A stretch of 64,000 nt of DNA from Methanocaldococcus sp. 28A (lineage in GTDB: Archaea; AGJL01; Methanococci; Methanococcales; Methanocaldococcaceae). The stretch lies in assembly GCA_049852185.1 (NCBI GenBank), contig CP187540.1; one strand, given 5' to 3'. The position numbers and the translations under genes are program-made. The notes under the pieces are model-generated. The model was given only the letters and a program-made list of their open reading frames with translations. It did no database searches and was not told the DNA's origin. Below are positions 21,846 to 33,086 of the stretch, in pieces (positions within the stretch are counted from its first letter, which is position 1; every line of letters begins with the position of its first letter).

Positions 21846-22310
21846 TTATACTAATGCTTCTATTAAATCTCCTCTTGTAATTATTCCAACTAAATTACCT
21901 GCATCATCTACAACAGGCAATCTTTTAATGTTATTTTCAACCATTAATTTTGCCGCATCATTAATTGTCATATCTGGTTTTGCAACAATAACCTTTCTTG
22001 TCATTACATCTCTAACCTTTGTTTTTAAAGCTTTTTCTAAATCTTCCTTAAACTCCTCAATCTTCAATGCAGTTTTTAAAGGCAACTCTATTAAATCTAA
22101 TGGTGAAGGTAAAATAAGGTTTAAATCCTCATTATGTGTAACAATGGTTTTTACTATATCACTTTCTGATATTATACCGACTAATTTACCTTCCTTATTT
22201 AATACAGGTGCTCCACTTATCTTATTTTCTCTAAATAATTTTATTACATCAGTTAAATCATCATCTTCATAAACTACAATAGGTTTTTTCATAATATCTT
22301 TTACTAACAT
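21846..22310 (-). CDS. CBS domain pair protein
   Basis: ISGAPVL..GKLVGIIS and IKRLPVVD..GNLVGIIT motifs. Confidence 0.9.
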   Translation of the reverse strand: MLVKDIMKKPIVVYEDDDLTDVIKLFRENKISGAPVLNKEGKLVGIISESDIVKTIVTHNEDLNLILPSPLDLIELPLKTALKIEEFKEDLEKALKTKVRDVMTRKVIVAKPDMTINDAAKLMVENNIKRLPVVDDAGNLVGIITRGDLIEALV

Positions 22311-22351
22311 TTAATTTCACCATAAATATTTTATTTTCTATTCAAAATTTT

Positions 22352-23386
22352 CTATTCAAAATAATCCTCAATATTTAGTCCCAACTCATCACAAATTTCT
22401 TTTAGTTGATTGTATAGATTTTCATCAATCTCAAATCCATTCTTTCTTTTCATTTTATTTCTCTCTTCTATTTCCCCAGGAATTAAAATTTCAAAACCTT
22501 CTGCAGGTTCTGATGTCTTAATCTCTTCTAATAACTCATCAACTTTCTTTTTAAACTCTTCTTTACCCATAAAGAATTCTGGATTTATAGCTATAAATAA
22601 ATCTCCTTTAGTGCAGCTCTCATATGGATTTGCTGTCCCTCTAACTTTAGTTCCAACCTCAGCCCCACCAATAGCTGATAACATTTCAATAGCTAATGCT
22701 AAACCATACCCTTTAGGCCCTCCAAATGGTAATATACATCCCTCCAATGCTTTGGCAGGATCTGTCGTTGGCTTTCCATCTTTATCTACTGCACAACCTT
22801 CTGGAATCTTTATCTTTTTCCTTAAAGCTTCTAAAATTTTCCCTCTTGCTATTGATGCAGTAGCCATATCTAAGGAAAATTTATACCTATTCCCTTTAAA
22901 TGCTATAGCAATTGGATTTGTTCCTAAAATTTTTTCTTTTCCACCAAAAGGAGCCATAGCTGGCTCTGTATTTGTTATTGTTATTCCAATCATATCTTGA
23001 TTCATAGCCAACTCTGAATAATAGCCAGCAACTCCAAAATGATTAGCGTTTTTTGTAGCAACAACTCCAACTCCAACATTTTTTGCTTTTTCTATGGCTA
23101 ATTCCATAGCTTTTTTTCCAACCACTTGCCCTAATCCAAAATCCCCATCTACAACTGCCGTAGCTGGGCTTTCTTTAACTATCTTTATATTCGGCTTTGG
23201 ATTTATATTGCCTAATCTTAGGGCAGTTATATATTGTGGAAACCTCCCAATTCCATGGGATGTGAAGCCCTTCAAATCTGCATCAACAAAAACTTCAGCG
23301 GTTATTTTAGCATCTTCTTCTGGAACATCAAATTTCTTTAAAACATCAATTATTAGTTTTCTTTCATTTTCTGGCTTTAAAATCAT
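22352..23386 (-). CDS. comC: L-sulfolactate dehydrogenase (coenzyme M biosynthesis)
   Basis: Ldh_2 family: SHGIGR, NHFG, GTNPIA, DMATA and GPKGYGL motifs. Confidence 0.92.
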   Translation of the reverse strand: MILKPENERKLIIDVLKKFDVPEEDAKITAEVFVDADLKGFTSHGIGRFPQYITALRLGNINPKPNIKIVKESPATAVVDGDFGLGQVVGKKAMELAIEKAKNVGVGVVATKNANHFGVAGYYSELAMNQDMIGITITNTEPAMAPFGGKEKILGTNPIAIAFKGNRYKFSLDMATASIARGKILEALRKKIKIPEGCAVDKDGKPTTDPAKALEGCILPFGGPKGYGLALAIEMLSAIGGAEVGTKVRGTANPYESCTKGDLFIAINPEFFMGKEEFKKKVDELLEEIKTSEPAEGFEILIPGEIEERNKMKRKNGFEIDENLYNQLKEICDELGLNIEDYFE

Positions 23387-23404
23387 TTTTTCCCTCCAAA
23401 TGTT

Positions 23405-23929
23405 TTATGGTCTTACATATTCCATATTGTAATAAACAATATCTCCATCTGCATCAACTATTGCTATAAGCAGTTTTTTTCTAACTGAGTGGGCTACTCT
23501 AACAAATCCTGTTAGCTCACTTAATTGAATAGAGCTATCTTCAGTAAATACCTTAACCAAATAAACAGAGTGTTCTTTTTCTATATTTGCTCCCCTATCA
23601 TAAAGCCTGAAATCAGCTCCATATTTTAGGCCGGTTTTTACTATGTAACCTCTTGTTTTTAAATCTTTATAAACTAAATATTTTAAGCATAGCCTCTCTT
23701 CAATATTTTTTGCATATTTATATAGTTCTTCAAAGCTCATAATCTTATTATCTTTATTTTTAACTTCCAACCATCCTAAGTTTATTAAATAAAGAGCTTC
23801 AACTAATGATAACAATAAAAAGTTCTCCTCAACGTTTCCATAATGCTTTGCTGATAGTTTAGATATTCCATTTTTGTCAAAAACTATAACTCTATCTCCA
23901 TCCAATAATCCAACAATTTTTTTGCTCAT
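23405..23929 (-). CDS. endA: tRNA-splicing endonuclease
   Basis: [16 protein letters not shown] and RVAHSVRKK motifs. Confidence 0.95.
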   Translation of the reverse strand: MSKKIVGLLDGDRVIVFDKNGISKLSAKHYGNVEENFLLLSLVEALYLINLGWLEVKNKDNKIMSFEELYKYAKNIEERLCLKYLVYKDLKTRGYIVKTGLKYGADFRLYDRGANIEKEHSVYLVKVFTEDSSIQLSELTGFVRVAHSVRKKLLIAIVDADGDIVYYNMEYVRP

Positions 23930-24236
23930 TTAATATATCACCAATTTATTTTATTTTGAGCATTGATAAGATGTAGGAATAAATTTTTTATATTGAATAT
24001 ACACACCCCTAAAGTTCTTTAAAATATTAACTGCATAATAATATTAATATTATGGGTTATTTAAACCGTAATACCCATCAAACATTCGTATATTTATTAA
24101 TATTAAAATTTTTTATATATGGTTCAAATATTTGGAAAATTCTCAATGAAGCTTGAGAAGGTTGTTTTGATGAATTTTCTCAATCTTTTTAAAGTCTTTT
24201 TAAAGTCATCATTATATCTTTTTTTGTCATTATGAT

Positions 24237-24297
24237 TATAGTTGTGTGTAAAAGTTTTTTAATTAAAATAAGGCATTAATGAATACCTCCTAAAAGG
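24237..24297. repeat. Palindromic repeat family A, left half
   Basis: TATAGTTGTGTGTAAAAG...AATAAGGCATTAATGAATACCTCC, then breaks off. Confidence 0.75.
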
Positions 24298-24353
24298 ACG
24301 TTATGATGATAACTACCATATATTCAAATAAACAAATTAAAAAGAAATTATTA

Positions 24354-24444
24354 TAAGACTTTCGCAGGAATAAATATTTTATTGAACATTGCACCTCAAA
24401 GGAGTCTAAATTCAAAATTAATATATAAAGCTGTGAAAGTCCTA
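24354..24444. repeat. Palindromic repeat family B copy
   Basis: Ends TAAGACTTTCGCAG...CTGTGAAAGTCCTA. Confidence 0.85.
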
Positions 24445-24498
24445 TATTAATAAAAATCTTAACAAATTTTTAATAAAAAGTAAAATTGAGGGAGATTT

Positions 24499-26199
24499 AT
24501 GGACATTAAATCAAATATTATCAATGCATTAAAAAAAGTAATTAGTGAAGAGATAAGTAAAGATATTGAGATAAAGCTGGACAAAACACCAAATTTGGAG
24601 TTGGGAGATTACTCTGTAAATATTTGCTTTAAATTAGCTAAAGAGTTAAAGAAGAACCCAAAAATTATTGCCGAAGAGATTGTAGATAAGTTAAAAGCTA
24701 TGAACATTGAAGGAGTTAAAGAGATAAAGGCAGTTAATGGATATATAAACTTCTATATTGACTACAATAAATTTGCTAAAAATTTAGTAGAAGATATTGA
24801 TGAAAAAGGAAATGATTATGGTAGAGGAGACAAAAAAGGAATAAAAATTATCTTAGAACATACATCAGCAAATCCTAACGGCCCTTTACATATTGGACAT
24901 TTAAGAAATGCCATTATTGGGGATAGTTTAAAAAGAATATTGGAATTTTATGGTTATGATGTTGAAACCCACTACTATGTAAATGATATGGGTAGACAGA
25001 TGGCGTTGGTTGTTTATGGAATTGATTTATTTGGTTTAGATAAAGAGAAAAAGAAAGACCATGCAATTGCTGAAACTTATGTAAAAATTAACAAATATTT
25101 AGAAGAACATCCTGAAAAAGAAGAAGAGATTCTTAAATTAATGAGAGAATATGAAGAAGCCTTAGAAAGGAATGAAGAAAATGATGTGGTTAAAAAATTT
25201 GAATTTGCCGTTAATTATGCATTAGAGGGAATAAAAGAGACACTAAAGAATTTAAATATTAAACATGACACCTTTGTTTGGGAAAGCTCTTATGTAAAAA
25301 ACGGGATGGTTAAAGAGGTTATAGAAAAATTAATGAAGACAGGAAAAGTAATTAAAGAAGAAACCTATATGCTCGATTTATCTGATTTTGGCATTGAAAA
25401 GAAAATGGTTTTAGCAAGGGCTAATGGAACAAGCTTATATTCTACAAGAGATATTGCTTATCATTTAGACAAATTATCAAAGTGTGATATTGGAATAGAT
25501 GTTTTAGGTGCAGACCATAAACTAACAGCTGAAATGGTTAAATCAGCTTTAAAATTACTTGGAAGTAAAGAACCAGAAGTTATATTCTATGAATTCATCT
25601 CTCTCCCAGAAGGTTCAATGAGTACAAGAAAAGGAAGATTTATTAGTGCTGATGAATTATTAGAAGAGGCTATAAAAAGAGCTAAGGAAGAGTGTAATAA
25701 GAGAGGAGCAGAAGAAGATATTGCATATGATATTGCATTAGGGGCAGTTAGATATAACATAGCGAGAATTTCACCAGAAAAGCCAATGGTATTTAAATGG
25801 GAAGAAGCGTTAGATTTTGAAAAAGTTGGATGTCCATTTATACAGTATGCTCATGCAAGATGTTGTAGTATCTTAAAAGAGGCAGAAAATAAAGGAATCA
25901 AAGCTGAGGCAATATTTGATTATGAATTAACTAATGAAGAGAAGGAGTTAATTAAAATGTTAGATGAATTTAAAGATATAATTAAAGAGAGTGCTGAAAA
26001 TAGAAAAGTGCATTCATTAGCTAACTACTTATTAGAGCTTGCTAAGGCATTCAATAGATTCTATGCAAAATGCCCAATTTTATTGTCAAAAGTTGAGAAT
26101 AACATTAAAAAATCAAGATTAGCATTAGTCAAAAGCACTAAAACGGTGTTAGAGACAGGTTTAGGATTGTTGGGAATAAATTGTCCAGGAAAAATGTAA
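24499..26199 (+). CDS. argS: Arginine--tRNA ligase
   Basis: SANPNGPLHIGH, MSTRKG and QYAHAR motifs. Confidence 0.97.
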   Translation: MDIKSNIINALKKVISEEISKDIEIKLDKTPNLELGDYSVNICFKLAKELKKNPKIIAEEIVDKLKAMNIEGVKEIKAVNGYINFYIDYNKFAKNLVEDIDEKGNDYGRGDKKGIKIILEHTSANPNGPLHIGHLRNAIIGDSLKRILEFYGYDVETHYYVNDMGRQMALVVYGIDLFGLDKEKKKDHAIAETYVKINKYLEEHPEKEEEILKLMREYEEALERNEENDVVKKFEFAVNYALEGIKETLKNLNIKHDTFVWESSYVKNGMVKEVIEKLMKTGKVIKEETYMLDLSDFGIEKKMVLARANGTSLYSTRDIAYHLDKLSKCDIGIDVLGADHKLTAEMVKSALKLLGSKEPEVIFYEFISLPEGSMSTRKGRFISADELLEEAIKRAKEECNKRGAEEDIAYDIALGAVRYNIARISPEKPMVFKWEEALDFEKVGCPFIQYAHARCCSILKEAENKGIKAEAIFDYELTNEEKELIKMLDEFKDIIKESAENRKVHSLANYLLELAKAFNRFYAKCPILLSKVENNIKKSRLALVKSTKTVLETGLGLLGINCPGKM

Positions 26200-26267
26200 A
26201 TTTTATTAAATTTTATTTTTTGAATTTTTATAGTATTTTGTTAATATAAATTTGGACAATTGGAGGA

Positions 26268-26870
26268 TTGAGTAAAATGACTACTAAAAAAGTGCTTGTT
26301 ATTGATAATATTGATTCCTTTGTTTGGAATTTAGTCCAATATGTAGGGACTTTAGGTTATAAAGTTAAGTTAGTGGATAATCAAATCACATTAGAAGAAA
26401 TAAAGAAAATAAATCCAGATAGAATAATTATTAGCCCAGGACCAAAAACCCCAAAAGAAGCAGGAAATTGTATAAAGATTATTCAGGAGGTAGATATCCC
26501 CATATTAGGAGTTTGCTTAGGACATCAATGTATTGTTGAAGCATTTGGTGGAGAAGTTGGGAGAGCACAGAGAGTTATGCATGGAAAGGCAAGTTTAATA
26601 GAGCACGACGGTGAGGGAATTTTTAAAGACATTCCTAATCCATTCTATGGAGGAAGATATCATTCGTTAATAGCTTACGAAGTGCCAAAAGAGTTAAAAA
26701 TAACAGCTAAGAGCTTAGATGATGGCTATATTATGGGAGTTAGACATAAAAAGTTGCCAATTGAAGGAGTTCAATTCCATCCAGAAAGTATATTAACGGA
26801 ATCAAATAAGTTAAAATTTCCAGATTTAGGACTAAAATTTATTAAAAACTTTGTTGAAAATGAATATTAA
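26268..26870 (+). CDS. trpG: Anthranilate synthase component II
   Basis: IDNIDSF, SPGP, GVCLGHQ, RYHSL and QFHPES motifs. Confidence 0.92.
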   Translation: MSKMTTKKVLVIDNIDSFVWNLVQYVGTLGYKVKLVDNQITLEEIKKINPDRIIISPGPKTPKEAGNCIKIIQEVDIPILGVCLGHQCIVEAFGGEVGRAQRVMHGKASLIEHDGEGIFKDIPNPFYGGRYHSLIAYEVPKELKITAKSLDDGYIMGVRHKKLPIEGVQFHPESILTESNKLKFPDLGLKFIKNFVENEY

Positions 26871-26902
26871 TCTTAATATATAAACAAAAGAAACCATTTT
26901 AC

Positions 26903-27397
26903 GTGGAAAATATGGACGTTTATGAAATACTATACCAATCCTGCTTGGAATATAAAGTATTGTTGAATGATGAAGAAATTCCGTTATGGAAATTAAAAAA
27001 GGATGATTTAGAGAAAGCTAACTTAGATTTACCGTGGAATTCTATTAGAGATTTGGCTATCTATTTGTATGAGCTAAAAAAGAAACAACAAAATTCTAAA
27101 GAGCTTATTAAATGTGATATAATAGAAATTTTAGTAGGAATTGCTTTATTAAAGCCAGAAGAAGAAAACAACTACATGGGACTCGTTACAGAAGATATGT
27201 GTCTAACTTATTTAAGCGAGCTTATAACTGCAAGAATTAATTGCATAGCAAGATACTATTACATGATGAAAAAACCACAAAATACAAATATATTTGATGA
27301 AATTATCTTAAAATTTCCACAAAAAAAAGATATTAGGGCATCTAACTTAAACGATTTAAGGGAGTTAATTTTAAAAATTAGAAGCTATTTTAGGTAG
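26903..27397 (+). CDS. Hypothetical protein
   Basis: 164-aa ORF co-oriented after trpG, with host-like composition and no recognised motif. Confidence 0.7.
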   Translation: MENMDVYEILYQSCLEYKVLLNDEEIPLWKLKKDDLEKANLDLPWNSIRDLAIYLYELKKKQQNSKELIKCDIIEILVGIALLKPEEENNYMGLVTEDMCLTYLSELITARINCIARYYYMMKKPQNTNIFDEIILKFPQKKDIRASNLNDLRELILKIRSYFR

Positions 27398-27420
27398 GAC
27401 TTTTGCAAGCACATATTTAA
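27395..27420. repeat. Palindromic repeat family B, end fragment
   Basis: TAGGACTTTTGCA. Its TAG is the stop codon of the preceding CDS. Confidence 0.5.
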
Positions 27421-27447
27421 ATATTTTATTATAACATATCATGATAT

Positions 27448-28627
27448 CAGTATCTCCGAACATCATAAAATAAATAAAAAAGTTAATATTTCATAATATC
27501 ATAGTTATAAAAAAATAGGAGGTAATAGAACAATGAACGACATATGATTGTTAGCTATAAAATCATTTAACGAATTCATAAACAATGTTCTTCAAATTTG
27601 TCCAAGGATTTATCGAGTTGAAGATTATACAAGAGGATTTATAGAGGCGATGTCGAATAATATAATACATATTTAGAGACCATTAGCAAGCTAAATTATC
27701 CATCGGCAGACTCTTACTATCGATATATAAGGCAGGTAATTCTATGTTTAAAGAAATTTATAAATCTTTTGTTAAAAATATATTCAATGATTTAAAAAAA
27801 TAATAGAAATTTTTGCCTATCGATAGATACGCATTATGATGCCTATTATGGTAATAATTTAGATTTAGAATTAATTCACGAATATAGAAAAGAGAGGGGC
27901 AGTACTGGTTCGTATAAATATATAGCTGCTACTTTACATACAGAAGATTTTTCGTTAATAATCTATTGTGATATTCTTTTTAAGGAATATTCGTTGCTTA
28001 ATCATGTGTAAGGAATTTATGGACTTTACTATTAACGATTTAGAAATAAATCCATCTAATATTGTAGTACTTACCGATAGAGAGTTTAAAAATTTTGAAA
28101 TAATAAAAATTTTTGAAAAATACGGATGTAATTACATAAGCTTTATTCCGAAAAATGATAAAGTTAAATACTATCTTGAGGATGAATATAAAAAAGAAGA
28201 AAAATGGAAATTCGATTATGTTATTGATAAAAATACTATTCCTAAATTAGTTATTGCTGAGGACGAAATAATTACAAACAACAAAAGAAAAAAGGTATAT
28301 TATACCTTTTTAACTAATATCAACTTTGAAAATCAAGAATCTTACATAAAAATGTATAAAAAACGATGGAATATTGAAACACGATTTAGAATGCTTAAAG
28401 ATGCAGTTATAAAAACGAAATCAACCTCTTTAAAAGTTAGGTTGTTCCTTTTTATGCTTAAATGCGTTATTCATAACTTATGGATTAAAATTCGTAATAA
28501 AAAAGAATGTATTTCTTTAAAATTCTTCATCGTCGAAATATGTAAGTTATTAAATGAGTTCGATTATTCAATCATGGTTATGCGTAATACTTGGTTGTGT
28601 ATGTCTAATGCATATTCGTAGATACTG
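27448..28627 (+). mobile_element. ISH3-family (IS4-like DDE) insertion sequence with degraded transposase
   Basis: TIRs CAGTATCTCCGAA...TTCGTAGATACTG enclosing 1180 bp. Catalytic segments IDTHYDAYYG, LTDREF and YKKRWNIETRFR. Confidence 0.85.
27533..28621 (+). pseudogene. Transposase pseudogene
   Basis: ATG at 27533 after GGAGGT is followed by early stops and frameshifts. Only 27968-28621 stays open. Confidence 0.82.
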
Positions 28628-28736
28628 TATATTATTATTTATTAATTGAGCTATTTCATAAGGTAGTGATATATAATTCAAAGCATAAGTTTTGATAAAA
28701 CTTTTTTTCTAAAAGGTTCATATCAATAGGTGCGAA

Positions 28737-28808
28737 GCCGTTTGAAACAGATTAATTTTTCATAAACAGATATAGACATTTATAGATTTTCATTACAGAA
28801 AGATTCAT
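28737..28808 (+). mobile_element. Isolated left end of the IS607-like cassette
   Basis: GCCGTTTGAAACAGATTAATTTTTCATAAACAGATATAGACATTTATAGATTTTCATTACAGAAAGATT closely matches the reverse complement of 10822-10893. Confidence 0.75.
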
Positions 28809-28916
28809 AGCTGTGTGCAAAACTATCTTAAATAAAATAAGGTATTAATGAATGCCTTCCATAAAGAAGGCTTTCAAATTTTCCTATTTAAAGTTTAGTT
28901 TATTTGTACAAAGCTA
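28806..28916. repeat. Palindromic repeat family A copy
   Basis: Ends CATAGCTGTGTGCAAAA...TTTGTACAAAGCTA, internal GAATGCCTTC-N6-GAAGGCTTTC. Confidence 0.85.
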
Positions 28917-28931
28917 AAAAAATAGCAAATT

Positions 28932-29795
28932 TTATTCGACAATTGCTGATGCATAACCAACAACTGCTGAGTAATCTCCAGTTATATCCCCAGATGTTGC
29001 ATATGCCAATAATTTAGCTTTTTTAGCTCCTAAGGTTTTCATGGCTTTTAACATGGCTATTACTGGTCCATATCCGCACATTGAAATGTTGTAATTTATT
29101 ACATCTTCATACAATTCTTTTTCATTCATTTCCAAAATGTCTTTAATAACTATAGCATCCTTTTTTGATGCTACCTCCTGTGGTTCATAGTGGGTTAAAT
29201 CTGAAGATGCAATAATAACTACTCTTCTGTTTAATTCCTTAGCAATCTTAGCTATAAAATAACCAACCTCTACAGCAGTTTCATAATCTTGGAACATCAT
29301 ACATATTGGAACTATCTTAAATTTAGCTATATTCAATAATTCCAAATGCTTTAAAAATGGTAATTGCACTTCAATTGAATGCTCATTTAAATGGGCTGTT
29401 TCATCTAAATCAATAATCTCACACTTCCTCCAAAGTTCTTCAATAAATTCCTCATCACACTTCACATCTCCCAATGGAGTTCTCCAAATTCCATCCATTA
29501 CACTAACTCCTGAACCTAAACCAGTGTGATTTGGACCTAAAATAATAGCAGTTATCTCTTCAATGGTATCGACTCTCTTTGATAGTTCATAATAAGAGTG
29601 AGCTTGTATAGGACCTGAATAAACATAACCAGCATGGGGACAGAGCAAACCAACAGGTTTTTCATAAGTTCCATGAGTCGGCATTGATTTGGGTCCAAAT
29701 TTATGTAAATAACATTGCTCAATTAATTCTATAAGCTCATCAGGATATGATGGATAAAACATTCCTGCAACTGCTGGATATCTAATTTTACTCAT
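28932..29795 (-). CDS. MEMO1 / AmmeMemoRadiSam protein B family
   Basis: [35 protein letters not shown] and MCGYGP motifs. Confidence 0.92.
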   Translation of the reverse strand: MSKIRYPAVAGMFYPSYPDELIELIEQCYLHKFGPKSMPTHGTYEKPVGLLCPHAGYVYSGPIQAHSYYELSKRVDTIEEITAIILGPNHTGLGSGVSVMDGIWRTPLGDVKCDEEFIEELWRKCEIIDLDETAHLNEHSIEVQLPFLKHLELLNIAKFKIVPICMMFQDYETAVEVGYFIAKIAKELNRRVVIIASSDLTHYEPQEVASKKDAIVIKDILEMNEKELYEDVINYNISMCGYGPVIAMLKAMKTLGAKKAKLLAYATSGDITGDYSAVVGYASAIVE

Positions 29796-29925
29796 GATTA
29801 TCCCCTAATGAACTTATTATTAAGATATTATGTCTAATATTTAAATTTGTCTTTTGTAGTTTATATAAGTATTTGTGTATATTTATGGCACTATAATTCA
29901 CATAACAGAAAAGTTTTTATATTTT

Positions 29926-29939
29926 TACACATATGTGTA
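29926..29939. promoter_or_regulatory. Perfect 14-bp palindrome, probable operator
   Basis: TACACATATGTGTA directly after the BRE/TATA CAGAAAAGTTTTTATAT. Confidence 0.55.
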
Positions 29940-29966
29940 TTATTAGAAATTAAGGAGGTGAAAAAT

Positions 29967-30278
29967 ATGTTTGGATGGGGAAGAGGATTTGGTAGAAGAT
30001 TTTGGAGATACTTCCCAGTAAGCTCTGTTGGAGGAAGGTATAGATATGTAGGACCTTGCAGATGTGGTTTAGGACCACATGCATTCTACGTTGATGAAAA
30101 AACTGGAATTTTAGTTCATGCATGGGATTTATATAGAGGTTATGTTCCAGAATACGTAGGAATGGATGAGAGAAAATATTTAGAGGAAATTATAAAAGAA
30201 TTAGAAGATGAGAAAAAAATATTAGAAGAAGAATTAGAGAGAATTAAAAAAAGATTGGATGAATTAAAGAAAGATTAA
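29967..30278 (+). CDS. Gly/Arg-rich coiled-coil protein (DUF5320-like)
   Basis: ATG at 29967 behind GGAGGTGA. MFGWGRGFGRR, GPCRCGLGPH and a C-terminal coiled coil. Confidence 0.75.
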   Translation: MFGWGRGFGRRFWRYFPVSSVGGRYRYVGPCRCGLGPHAFYVDEKTGILVHAWDLYRGYVPEYVGMDERKYLEEIIKELEDEKKILEEELERIKKRLDELKKD

Positions 30279-30286
30279 GTGATACA

Positions 30287-30487
30287 ATGGAAATGAAAAA
30301 ATTTTTATGCTCTAAATGTCAAAAAATTATTGAAGTCCCTTATGGAGTGCCAAAGCCCGATGTTTGTCCATACTGTGGAGCTCCAGCAACATTTATCCAT
30401 AGAATAGATGCTGGCGGAAGAGGGTTAGGAATTGGTAGAGGAAGAAGATGCGGAATGAGAATGATGGAAAAATTGGAAAGAGAATAG
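30287..30487 (+). CDS. Small zinc-ribbon/rubredoxin-like protein
   Basis: CSKC...CPYCG followed by GGRGLGIGRGRRCG. Confidence 0.78.
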   Translation: MEMKKFLCSKCQKIIEVPYGVPKPDVCPYCGAPATFIHRIDAGGRGLGIGRGRRCGMRMMEKLERE

Positions 30488-30587
30488 AAGATTAAAAACT
30501 TTTCTTTTTTATTTTTATATATCAATATATCCAAATTAATATTTCAAAAAAATATAAAAAGTAAAGATACTAAAACATCAAAGTCTT

Positions 30588-31409
30588 TTATTTTTTTCTA
30601 ATTTCTTTTAACGCCTCTTCAACATCTACATTTTCATGAACTATTTTACAAACAGCTCTTGTTATGCCAATAACATCATCATGTTGGAATATATTTCTAC
30701 CAACTGCTACTCCAACAGCTCCAGCTTCCATGGCATCTTTAATCATTTGCAAGAACTCTTCATCTGTATTAGTTTTTGGACCTCCAGCAACAACAATTGG
30801 TGCTGGACAGCCTTTAACAACTTCTTTAAATGAATCAATATCTCCTGTATAGCTTGTTTTAACAATATCAGCCCCTAACTCAGCTCCCAATCTTGCTGCA
30901 TGAGCAACTAACTCAGGGTCTCTTTCATTTTGAATGTGTTTCCCTCTTGGATACATCATTGCTATTAGAGGCATTCCCCAGTATTCGCATGTTTCAGCTA
31001 TCATCCCCAAATCTCTGTATGCCTCCCAATCTTCATCTGAACCAACATTTACATGAATTGAGACTGCATCAGCTCCCATTCTTATAGCTTCTTCAACAGT
31101 TGTAACAATAACTTTCTTTAATGGATTTGGTGATATTGATGTTCCACCAGATAGATGGATAATTAATCCTACATCTTTGCCATATCCTCTGTGCCCATGT
31201 CTAACTATTCCTTTATGCAAGAGAACAGCATTAGCCCCTCCTTCAGCAACATCATTTACTGTTTTTCTCATATCAATAAGCCCTTTAATTGGACCATTTG
31301 AAACTCCATGGTCCATTGGAACAATTACTGTCTTTTCACTTTCTCTGTTGAATATTCTTTCTAATCTCACAAGTTTTCCAAGATTTTTTATATCCTTAAA
31401 TAATTCCAT
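30588..31409 (-). CDS. aroA': 2-amino-3,7-dideoxy-D-threo-hept-6-ulosonate synthase (DhnA-type aldolase)
   Basis: [19 protein letters not shown] and GRNIFQ motifs. Confidence 0.88.
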   Translation of the reverse strand: MELFKDIKNLGKLVRLERIFNRESEKTVIVPMDHGVSNGPIKGLIDMRKTVNDVAEGGANAVLLHKGIVRHGHRGYGKDVGLIIHLSGGTSISPNPLKKVIVTTVEEAIRMGADAVSIHVNVGSDEDWEAYRDLGMIAETCEYWGMPLIAMMYPRGKHIQNERDPELVAHAARLGAELGADIVKTSYTGDIDSFKEVVKGCPAPIVVAGGPKTNTDEEFLQMIKDAMEAGAVGVAVGRNIFQHDDVIGITRAVCKIVHENVDVEEALKEIRKK

Positions 31410-31530
31410 ATTCTCACATTTACATATTTTTTTATTAATTTATAATTATTGAATAAGAATTTAAGAATTAATGTTTTAAAGTTTTAATATAAAAATATCA
31501 ATATCAATATTTAAAATTTGTGTTGGTGAT

Positions 31531-32889
31531 TTGATGGTATTTAAAGCTTATGATATTAGAGGAGTTTATAAGAAAGAGTTGGATGAAAACTTTGCCTATT
31601 CATTAGGAAAATGTGTAGGGAAAAAATTTGAAAATAAAAAGATATTGGTTGGGAATGATGTAAGAATTGGTTCTAAAAAACTTCTACCATACTTTATAGT
31701 TGGTTTGAAAGAACATGCTGATGTATTTTATGCAGGAACTATATCAACACCTTTAATGTATTTTGGAACTAAAGGGAAGTATGATTTGGGAGTTATATTG
31801 ACAGCTTCCCACAACCCTCCAGAATATACTGGATTTAAAATGTGTGATAAAAAAGCTATTCCATTATCACCAATAGAAGAAATAAAACCAATATTTAAGA
31901 AATATAACTTATCAGAAAGTGTAAAAGAAGAAATTAAAAATTTAAAGTTGGATGAGTTCAAAGTTGATGTTATTGATGAGTATAAAAAGTTCTTTTTGAA
32001 AAGATGTAAAACCTCAGATAAAAAGATAGCTGTTGATTTTGCAAATGGAGCTACAACAATAGCTGAGAAAGAAATTTTAAATGAGTTGTTTGATAATGCC
32101 ATCTTTATAAATGATTATCCTGAAGGCTCTTTTCCTGCTCATCAGCCAGATACCTTAAAGATGGAATGCTTAAAAGATATAATAAAAGCAGTTAAAGAAA
32201 ATAACTGTGATTTAGGTTTAATTTTTGATGGAGATGGAGATAGATTAGGAATTGTTGACGAAAATGGGAATGTTTTAAGAGGGGATATATTAACAGCCAT
32301 AATGGCTGAAGAGATTTTAAAAGAAAAGCCAAAAGCTAAGATAGTTTATGATTTAAGATGTTCTAAAATAGTTCCAGAAATTATTGAGAAATATGGAGGA
32401 ATACCAATAAAAAGTAGAGTTGGACACTATTTCATTAAAAAGTTAATGCATGAAATTGATGCTGAATTTGCTGGAGAGCTAAGTAATCATTTTTACTTTA
32501 AAGAAATTGGTTATTTTGAGAGTCCATTGTTAGCCTTAAACTATATTTTAAAAGCTATGGATGATAACCATAAAAAGCTATCTGAGCTAAATAAGGAATT
32601 TAATAAATATCCTCACAGTGGAGAGATAAACTTCAAAGTCAAAGACCAGAAATACATCATGGAAAAAATAAAGGAGCATTTTAAAGATTGTAAAATTGAA
32701 GAGTTGGATGGAATATCTATTTATTGTAAAAACTTCTGGTTTAATTTAAGACCTTCAAATACTGAGCCGTTGTTAAGATTAAACTTAGAAGCAGATGATG
32801 AGAAAACAATGAGAGAGAAAGTTGAAGAGATTAAAAAATTAATTGCAGAGTTTGATAAATCTTTAGAATATAGTTGTGTGCAAAAGTAA
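31531..32889 (+). CDS. Phosphomannomutase/phosphoglucomutase
   Basis: FKAYDIRG, TASHNP, DGDGDR, GELSNH and RPSNTEP motifs. Confidence 0.93.
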   Translation: MMVFKAYDIRGVYKKELDENFAYSLGKCVGKKFENKKILVGNDVRIGSKKLLPYFIVGLKEHADVFYAGTISTPLMYFGTKGKYDLGVILTASHNPPEYTGFKMCDKKAIPLSPIEEIKPIFKKYNLSESVKEEIKNLKLDEFKVDVIDEYKKFFLKRCKTSDKKIAVDFANGATTIAEKEILNELFDNAIFINDYPEGSFPAHQPDTLKMECLKDIIKAVKENNCDLGLIFDGDGDRLGIVDENGNVLRGDILTAIMAEEILKEKPKAKIVYDLRCSKIVPEIIEKYGGIPIKSRVGHYFIKKLMHEIDAEFAGELSNHFYFKEIGYFESPLLALNYILKAMDDNHKKLSELNKEFNKYPHSGEINFKVKDQKYIMEKIKEHFKDCKIEELDGISIYCKNFWFNLRPSNTEPLLRLNLEADDEKTMREKVEEIKKLIAEFDKSLEYSCVQK

Positions 32890-32981
32890 TTATAGTAAAT
32901 AAGGTATTAACGAATGCCTTCCTTATGGAAGGCATTCAAATTATCCTTTTTAAAGTTTATTTCATTTTGCACACAACTATA
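32869..32981. repeat. Palindromic repeat family A copy overlapping the PMM stop codon
   Basis: Perfect 17-bp TIR, internal GAATGCCTTCC-TTAT-GGAAGGCATTC. Confidence 0.92.
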
Positions 32982-33086
32982 ATAACTTTTCTAATTTTTA
33001 TGGTTGTGTCTTTATCATACACTAAACCAAAATTTTTATATATTAGTTTGTAAGTATAGTAACTTTGCTTGTTTTAGATTGGAAGA

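Noticed and set aside
22410-23000. 196-aa ORF antisense to comC, and the other short antisense ORFs in the track
   Set aside because: Shadow frames of well-supported genes, with atypical Ser/Phe/Ile-rich composition and no RBS.
24020-24230. Intergenic stretch with the hairpin TTCTCAA-TGAAGC-TTGAGAA and a short duplication (TCTTTTTAAAG x2)
   Set aside because: AT-rich and single-copy in this window, and I could not assign it to a gene or element.
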